Shown here piece after piece: positions 59,147 to 64,000 of a DNA stretch of 64,000 nt. Source of the DNA: Angustibacter luteus (lineage in GTDB: Bacteria > Actinomycetota > Actinomycetes > Actinomycetales > Angustibacteraceae). The DNA lies in NCBI RefSeq assembly GCF_039541115.1, contig NZ_BAABFP010000005.1, positions 868,001 through 932,000 on the forward strand, written 5' to 3'. The first letter of the stretch is position 1; each line of letters starts with the position of its first letter. The notes below the pieces were generated by a model, which was not told the origin of the DNA, did not search any database, and was given only the letters and a program-made list of their open reading frames with translations. A program made the translations under genes and the position numbers.

Positions 59147-60133
59147 TCAGACCCGGCTGATCGCCAGGTGCGGCTCGACCTCGGCCGCGGCGTCCGGGCC
59201 GTAGGCGTCGGCGAAGCGCTGCAGGAAGCCGCCCCGACCCAGCTCGTACTCCTGGGTGCCGACGGTCTCGATGACGTACGTAGCCAGCATCGACCCCACC
59301 TGGGCGCACCGGGTCAGGTCCAGGTCCCAGGACAGCCCCGCGAGGAACCCGGCGCGGAACGCGTCGCCCACCCCCGTCGGGTCCGCCTTGCGCAGCTCCT
59401 GCGCGACCGCGACCTCGATGGGCTCGACGCCGGCTCGCTCGATCCGTACGCCGTTGGCCCCGAGCGTGGTGACCCGGGTGCCGACCCTGGTGAGGATCTC
59501 GTCGGCGGTCCAGCCGGTCTTCTGCTCCGTGAGGTGCGCCTCGTACTCGTTGCTGAACAGGTACGTCGCACCGTCGATGAGCCGGCGGATGAAGGGCCCG
59601 TCGGCGAAGGCCAGCTGCTGCGACGGGTCGGCGGCGAAGGCGTAGCCGCGGGTGCGGCACTCCTCGGTGTGCCGCAGCATCGCCTCGGGGTCGTTCGCGC
59701 CGATGAGCACCAGGTCGAGGCCGCCGCGGGCGGTCGCGAGCGGGGTGAGCTCGATGTCGCGCGCCTCGCTCATCGCGCCCGGGTAGAAGGACGCGATCTG
59801 GGCCTGGTCGGAGTCCGTGGTGCAGATGAACCGTGCGGTGTGCCGCAGCTCGCTGGTCCGCACGCCCCCGCAGTCGACGCCGTGCCGCTCCAGCCACGCC
59901 CGGTACTCGACGAAGTCCGCGCCGACGGCCCCGACCAGCAGGGGGCGCAGACCGAGGTTCGCCAGGCCGAACGCGATGTTCGCCGCCACTCCCCCGCGGC
60001 GGATCTCCAGGTCGTCGACGAGGAACGACAGCGAGATCTTGTCCAGCTGCTCGACGACGAGGGAGTCCGCGAAGCGGCTCGGGAAGGTCATCAGGTGGTC
60101 AGTGGCGATGGAGCCGGTGATTGCGATCTGCAC
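59147..60133 (-). CDS. adoK: PfkB-family kinase, adenosine kinase-like (Rv2202c)
   Basis: TGSIATDHLM.F, GGVAANI, DPSQQ, NEYE, DPTGVGDAFRAG. Confidence 0.88.
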   Translation of the reverse strand: MQIAITGSIATDHLMTFPSRFADSLVVEQLDKISLSFLVDDLEIRRGGVAANIAFGLANLGLRPLLVGAVGADFVEYRAWLERHGVDCGGVRTSELRHTARFICTTDSDQAQIASFYPGAMSEARDIELTPLATARGGLDLVLIGANDPEAMLRHTEECRTRGYAFAADPSQQLAFADGPFIRRLIDGATYLFSNEYEAHLTEQKTGWTADEILTRVGTRVTTLGANGVRIERAGVEPIEVAVAQELRKADPTGVGDAFRAGFLAGLSWDLDLTRCAQVGSMLATYVIETVGTQEYELGRGGFLQRFADAYGPDAAAEVEPHLAISRV

Positions 60134-60195
60134 GGCGGCGACACTACCGTCCGCCGCTGCTGGAGTACCCGCCGGTAACGGCCTACGTTCAGTCC

Positions 60196-60396
60196 ATGAG
60201 CAGTGCGACGACGGTGCCCGGACGCCGCTCCGGCCTGGACGAGGGTTCCGTGCACGACCTCTGGGTGGACGCCGCCCAAGTGGTCGTGCCGGTCAGTACG
60301 CCGCAGCGGCCGCACCTGTCGCCCGCGCAGGACTCCCTCGTCGTCCCGCAGGACGCGGCCGACCTCGTCGGCGGCATCGCCACCTACGGGAGCTGA
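60196..60396 (+). CDS. Small hypothetical protein (66 aa)
   Basis: ATG 6 nt after TACGTT, high-GC3 codons, followed by a strong hairpin. Confidence 0.6.
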   Translation: MSSATTVPGRRSGLDEGSVHDLWVDAAQVVVPVSTPQRPHLSPAQDSLVVPQDAADLVGGIATYGS

Positions 60397-60413
60397 GCGC
60401 TCCCGAACGCAGC

Positions 60414-60452
60414 GAAGCGGGGTACCCGACGTGACGTCGGGTACCCCGCTTC
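60414..60452. terminator. Bidirectional terminator-like palindrome
   Basis: GAAGCGGGGTACCCGACGT-G-ACGTCGGGTACCCCGCTTC, 19-bp perfect arms between convergent genes. Confidence 0.8.
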
Positions 60453-60472
60453 TCTGCTGGGTGCGGAGCGGG

Positions 60473-60847
60473 TCAGCTGAAGCTGTCACCGCACGCGCAG
60501 CTGCTGCCCGCGTTCGGGTTGTCGATCGTGAAGCCCTGCTTCTCGATGGTGTCCGCGAAGTCGATCGTGGCGCCGCCCAGGTACGGGGCGCTCATCCGGT
60601 CGACGACGACCTCGACCCCGCCGAACGCCTCGACCAGGTCACCGTCGAGGTCACGCTCGTCGAAGTACAGCTGGTAGATCAGGCCCGAGCAGCCACCGGG
60701 CTGCACGCCGATCCGCAGCCGCAGGTCCTCGCGGCCCTCCTGCTCGAGCAGGCTCTTGACCTTCTGCGCAGCCACGTCCGTCAGGACCACACCGTGGGCG
60801 GGTGCCTCGGTCGCGGTCTGGTCGGTGGACTGGGTGGTCTCGGTCAT
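60473..60847 (-). CDS. A-type Fe-S cluster carrier (HesB/IscA/ErpA family)
   Basis: PGGCSG, GFTIDNPNA, CACGDSF. Confidence 0.95.
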   Translation of the reverse strand: MTETTQSTDQTATEAPAHGVVLTDVAAQKVKSLLEQEGREDLRLRIGVQPGGCSGLIYQLYFDERDLDGDLVEAFGGVEVVVDRMSAPYLGGATIDFADTIEKQGFTIDNPNAGSSCACGDSFS

Positions 60848-60894
60848 TCGCGCATCCCTACTCGTCGACTCGTCGATCTGGCGGCCACCAGCGG

Positions 60895-60921
60895 CAACCA
60901 CCAGTGCGCTCGGCATGTTCC
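60895..60921 (-). promoter_or_regulatory. SigR/SigH-type ECF promoter
   Basis: Minus strand GGAAC-N18-GTTG upstream of the Fe-S carrier gene. Confidence 0.7.
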
Positions 60922-60964
60922 CGGTGCTCGGGAGAACTTCGCGCTCGCCGTCCAGCGTACGTCG

Positions 60965-62116
60965 TCACCGCGACCAGGTGCGCGCGACCCGACGGGCGCG
61001 GCGGGCCAGGGCGCCGGCGGGGTCGCGTTGCACGTCCGCCAGCCAGCCCTGCCGGTCTGCCACCGCGTAGGCGCCGGACACCCCCAGGTTGAGGGTCTCG
61101 CGGCGCCCGACCTCGACCTCGACGGCGAGCACGACGACCGGCAGCCCGACGGCCAGCGCCGACTCCGCCACCGAGGCGACGACCCCACCGCGCATCGAGT
61201 GCCAGCCGAACACCGACTCGCCGGTGACCACCAGGTCCGCCCCGCTCAGCCGCTGCGCGAATCCGGTGGCCGCGAGCACCTCCTGGACGCCGTCGACGCG
61301 GGTGGCGCCGAGCAGCAGCAGCGCGAAGCCGATCCCGCCACCCGCGCCCGCGCCCGCCACGCCCGCCATCCCGCTGCCGCCCAGTGAGCGCCCGGCGACC
61401 TGGGAGCGCTGCGCCACGTGGGCAAAGTGGCCCAGCGCGGCCTCGAGCTGCTGGGCCTGCTCCGGGGTCGCACCGCGCCGCTCCGCGTCCGTGGCGCTCG
61501 CGCCGTGGAAGCCCAGCAACGGCAGGTCGGACGACGTCGCCGCCACGAGCTGGACGCCGCGCAGCCGCTGGCGCACGGCGTCGAGCCCGCTGAGCGCATC
61601 GGCCGTCAGGTCGGCCAGCGCACCGCCGCCCCCGCCGAGCAGCTCGGCCGGACCGGCCCCCAGTGCCGCCAGGATGCCCGCGCCCCCGTCGTGCGACGCC
61701 GAGTCGCCGATGCCGATGACGACGCGGGTGGCCCCCGTCTGCACGGCGGCCTGGACGAGCTCGCCGACCCCGGTGCTGGTGGCCCGCCAGGCGTCGCGCC
61801 GCTCGGGCGCGAGCAGGTGCAGCCCGCAGGCCTGGCTCGCCTCGAGGTAGGCGGTCCGGCTGCCGTCGGTCTCGGTGACGACCAGCACCGCGGCCGGGAC
61901 AGGCTCGCCGAGGGGCCCGCTGACCGTGACGGGCACGAGCTCGCCGCCACGGGCGGACAGCACGACGTCGACGAGGCCGGGTCCGCCGTCCGAGAGCGGG
62001 GTGGTGGTGAGCTGGTCGGATGGCGCCTGCTCGGCCCAGCCGGCCGCGATGGCGTCAGCGGCCTGCTGGGCGTCGAGGTGGCCGGCGAAGGTGTCAGGGG
62101 CGATCAGGACGCGCAC
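60965..62116 (-). CDS. Glycerate kinase family protein
   Basis: VLIAPD.F.G.L, SDGGPG, DGGAG, GAGAGGGIGF, DLVVTGE. Confidence 0.85.
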   Translation of the reverse strand: MRVLIAPDTFAGHLDAQQAADAIAAGWAEQAPSDQLTTTPLSDGGPGLVDVVLSARGGELVPVTVSGPLGEPVPAAVLVVTETDGSRTAYLEASQACGLHLLAPERRDAWRATSTGVGELVQAAVQTGATRVVIGIGDSASHDGGAGILAALGAGPAELLGGGGGALADLTADALSGLDAVRQRLRGVQLVAATSSDLPLLGFHGASATDAERRGATPEQAQQLEAALGHFAHVAQRSQVAGRSLGGSGMAGVAGAGAGGGIGFALLLLGATRVDGVQEVLAATGFAQRLSGADLVVTGESVFGWHSMRGGVVASVAESALAVGLPVVVLAVEVEVGRRETLNLGVSGAYAVADRQGWLADVQRDPAGALARRARRVARTWSR

Positions 62117-62190
62117 GTCGGCATCCTCCCAGGTCAGGGTCGTCGGTCCGGACGGATGTCGGTCCGGGGCCCTGTGCGACGATCGTGGAC

Positions 62191-63387
62191 GTGAGCACCT
62201 TCGCCGAACCGGCTGCCACTCCTGCCGCACTGCTGCTGCTCGGTCGCGGCCGTGACCTGGCCAGCGAGCGCGGCGTGGAGTGCCCCGGCGACCTGCCCGC
62301 GCCGTCCGACCCCGGACTGGTGGAGCGAGCACGGGCGGCGAAGGCGGCGCTCGGCGACCAGGTCTTCGTACTCGGGCACCACTACCAGCGCGACGAGGTC
62401 ATCGAGTTCGCCGACGTCACGGGCGACTCGTTCAAGCTCGCGCAGCAAGCGGCGGCTCGGCCGGACTCGCCGTACATCGTGTTCTGCGGCGTGCACTTCA
62501 TGGCCGAGAGCGCCGACGTGCTGACCGCCGAGCACCAGCAGGTCGTGCTGCCGGACCTCGCGGCCGGCTGCTCGATGGCGGACATGGCCGCGATCAGCCA
62601 GGTCGAGGACGCGTGGGACGACCTGGTGGACGCCGGCGTGGCCGACGACGTCGTGCCGGTGTCGTACATGAACTCGACGGCGGCCATCAAGGCGTTCACC
62701 GGGCGGCACGGCGGGACGATCTGCACGTCCTCCAACGCCCGGACGGCACTGGACTGGGCGTTCGCGCAGCGCCCGGCCGGCCGCGGCAAGGTGCTGTTCC
62801 TGCCCGACCAGCACCTGGGTCGCAACACCGCGGTGCTCGAGCTGGGCCTCTCCCTCGGCGACTGCGTGCTGTTCGACCCGCACAAGCCGATGGGCGGCCT
62901 GACCCGCGAGCAGCTGCAGAACGCCCGGATGATCCTGTGGCGCGGGCACTGCTCGGTGCACGGGCGGTTCAGCCTGGACTCGGTCAACGACGTGCGCGAG
63001 CGGGTGCCCGGCGTCCAGGTGCTGGTGCACCCGGAGTGCCGGCACGAGGTCGTCTCGGCGGCCGACCACGTGGGCTCGACGGAGAAGATCATCCAGACCC
63101 TCGCCGCCGCGCCCGCCGGGTCGTCGTGGGCGATCGGCACCGAGCTGAACCTGGTGCGCCGGCTGGCCCGGGAGAACCCGCAGCTCGACGTGACGTTCCT
63201 GGACCGCACGGTCTGCTTCTGCTCGACCATGAACCGCATCGACCTGCCGCACCTGGTGTGGTCGCTCGAGTCGCTCGCCGCCGGCCGGGTGGTGAACCGG
63301 ATCGTCGTCGACCCGGACGTCGCGCACTGGGCGCGGGTGGCGCTGGACCAGATGCTGGCGCTGCCTGGGATCACCGCGAAGGACTGA
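62191..63387 (+). CDS. nadA: Quinolinate synthase
   Basis: LGHHYQ, TGDS, FCGVHFMAE, AGCSMA, YMNS, CSVH, HPEC, C.CSTM. Confidence 0.96.
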   Translation: MSTFAEPAATPAALLLLGRGRDLASERGVECPGDLPAPSDPGLVERARAAKAALGDQVFVLGHHYQRDEVIEFADVTGDSFKLAQQAAARPDSPYIVFCGVHFMAESADVLTAEHQQVVLPDLAAGCSMADMAAISQVEDAWDDLVDAGVADDVVPVSYMNSTAAIKAFTGRHGGTICTSSNARTALDWAFAQRPAGRGKVLFLPDQHLGRNTAVLELGLSLGDCVLFDPHKPMGGLTREQLQNARMILWRGHCSVHGRFSLDSVNDVRERVPGVQVLVHPECRHEVVSAADHVGSTEKIIQTLAAAPAGSSWAIGTELNLVRRLARENPQLDVTFLDRTVCFCSTMNRIDLPHLVWSLESLAAGRVVNRIVVDPDVAHWARVALDQMLALPGITAKD

Positions 63388-63408
63388 CCCTCGTCGAGCG
63401 ACCCGTGG

Positions 63409-63732
63409 TCAGCCGACGGCGATGTAGAGCTTGCGCAGGGGTTCGTGGACGACCCAGGTAGTCCGGTCGCCGGCGTTCAGCCGGACCGCCGAGCCGGGGG
63501 CGAGCTCGAGCGTCTCGGCACCCTCGACGCTGACCGACGCCCGACCGGACAGGACGACGAACACCTCGTCCACCTCGGTGTCCCGGGCCACCCCGAGGTC
63601 GATGGACCAGACGCCGATCTCGGTGTCCCCCAACGTGTCCAGCGTCGCCGCCGCGGTGCGCGGCTCGTCGTCGACCGGGTCGGCGGCCGTGAGCGCCAGG
63701 GCACCGACGTCCGGGCTGAGCAGGCGGCTCAC
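63409..63732 (-). CDS. Cupin_3 (DUF861) domain protein
   Basis: EIGVW, DEVFVVLSG, TTWVVHEPLRKLY. Confidence 0.85.
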   Translation of the reverse strand: MSRLLSPDVGALALTAADPVDDEPRTAAATLDTLGDTEIGVWSIDLGVARDTEVDEVFVVLSGRASVSVEGAETLELAPGSAVRLNAGDRTTWVVHEPLRKLYIAVG

Positions 63733-64000
63733 GAACCCAGCCCGCCGAGCCGCTCGAGGAGCACGGCCTCCGCGACGCAGACCCGCTCGAACTCGCCCAG
63801 GTGCAGGCTCTCGTCGGCGCCGTGGGCTCGGGTGTCCGGGTCCTCGACGCCGGTGACCAGGATCGCGGCATCCGGGTAGATGGCGGCGAAGTCCGCGATG
63901 AACGGGATCGAGCCGCCGATGCCCATGTCGACCGGCTCGACGCCCCAGGCGTCCGCGAACGCGGCGCGGGCCGCGTCGTACGCCGGCCCGTTCACGTCCG
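63729..64000 (-). CDS. M20-family dipeptidase, C-terminal part (truncated by window)
   Basis: GGSIPFI, VTGVEDP, AHGADESLHL. Confidence 0.85.
   Translation of the reverse strand, partial: DVNGPAYDAARAAFADAWGVEPVDMGIGGSIPFIADFAAIYPDAAILVTGVEDPDTRAHGADESLHLGEFERVCVAEAVLLERLGGLGS

Noticed and set aside
62157..62178. TGTCGG upstream of nadA as a PafBC motif
   Set aside because: The position 10 nt downstream reads TGTGCG, not TA-N3-T
1..64000. CRISPR array, tRNA/rRNA, prophage, IS element or biosynthetic gene cluster
   Set aside because: No regularly spaced repeats, RNA-gene signatures, integrase/transposase or PKS/NRPS/RiPP genes seen by eye

Overview
A very GC-rich actinobacterial chromosome segment; gene order suggests a Micrococcales/Kineosporiales-like host, which is an inference. 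It is mostly conserved core synteny matching M. tuberculosis Rv2175c-Rv2205c and S. coelicolor SCO21xx: Rv2175c-like DNA-binding gene, LysM-transglycosylase, PASTA kinase, class II DAHP synthase, pfk, plsC, esterase, two ROK glucokinases, ArsA/SRPBCC, fadD, pimB', NYN, DEDD-GIY-YIG nuclease, trpD, ctaE-qcrCAB, L,D-transpeptidase, ctaCDF, IscS-like/TusA, aat, adenosine kinase, A-type Fe-S carrier, glycerate kinase and nadA. Accessory inserts are a ROK-regulated sugar ABC/oxidoreductase operon, a SARP-ATPase regulator with an FAD oxidase, an AbiEi-like/DUF559-like gene, a TIGR00300-methyltransferase-VOC-pseudogene patch and an APH-like kinase. I saw no rRNA, tRNA, CRISPR, integrase or transposase. 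I cannot demonstrate a wholly new system. The best leads are (i) two PafBC-type DNA-damage promoters flanking an NYN RNase gene, one driving a 60-aa four-Cys protein; (ii) an IscS-like protein lacking the PLP lysine; (iii) 11-bp-phased CCAAG repeats in front of the oxidase beside the SARP-ATPase; (iv) an orphan AbiEi/DUF559-like gene with a downstream palindrome; and (v) a probable CTG start codon. All calls come from reading motifs by eye; no database searches were run.
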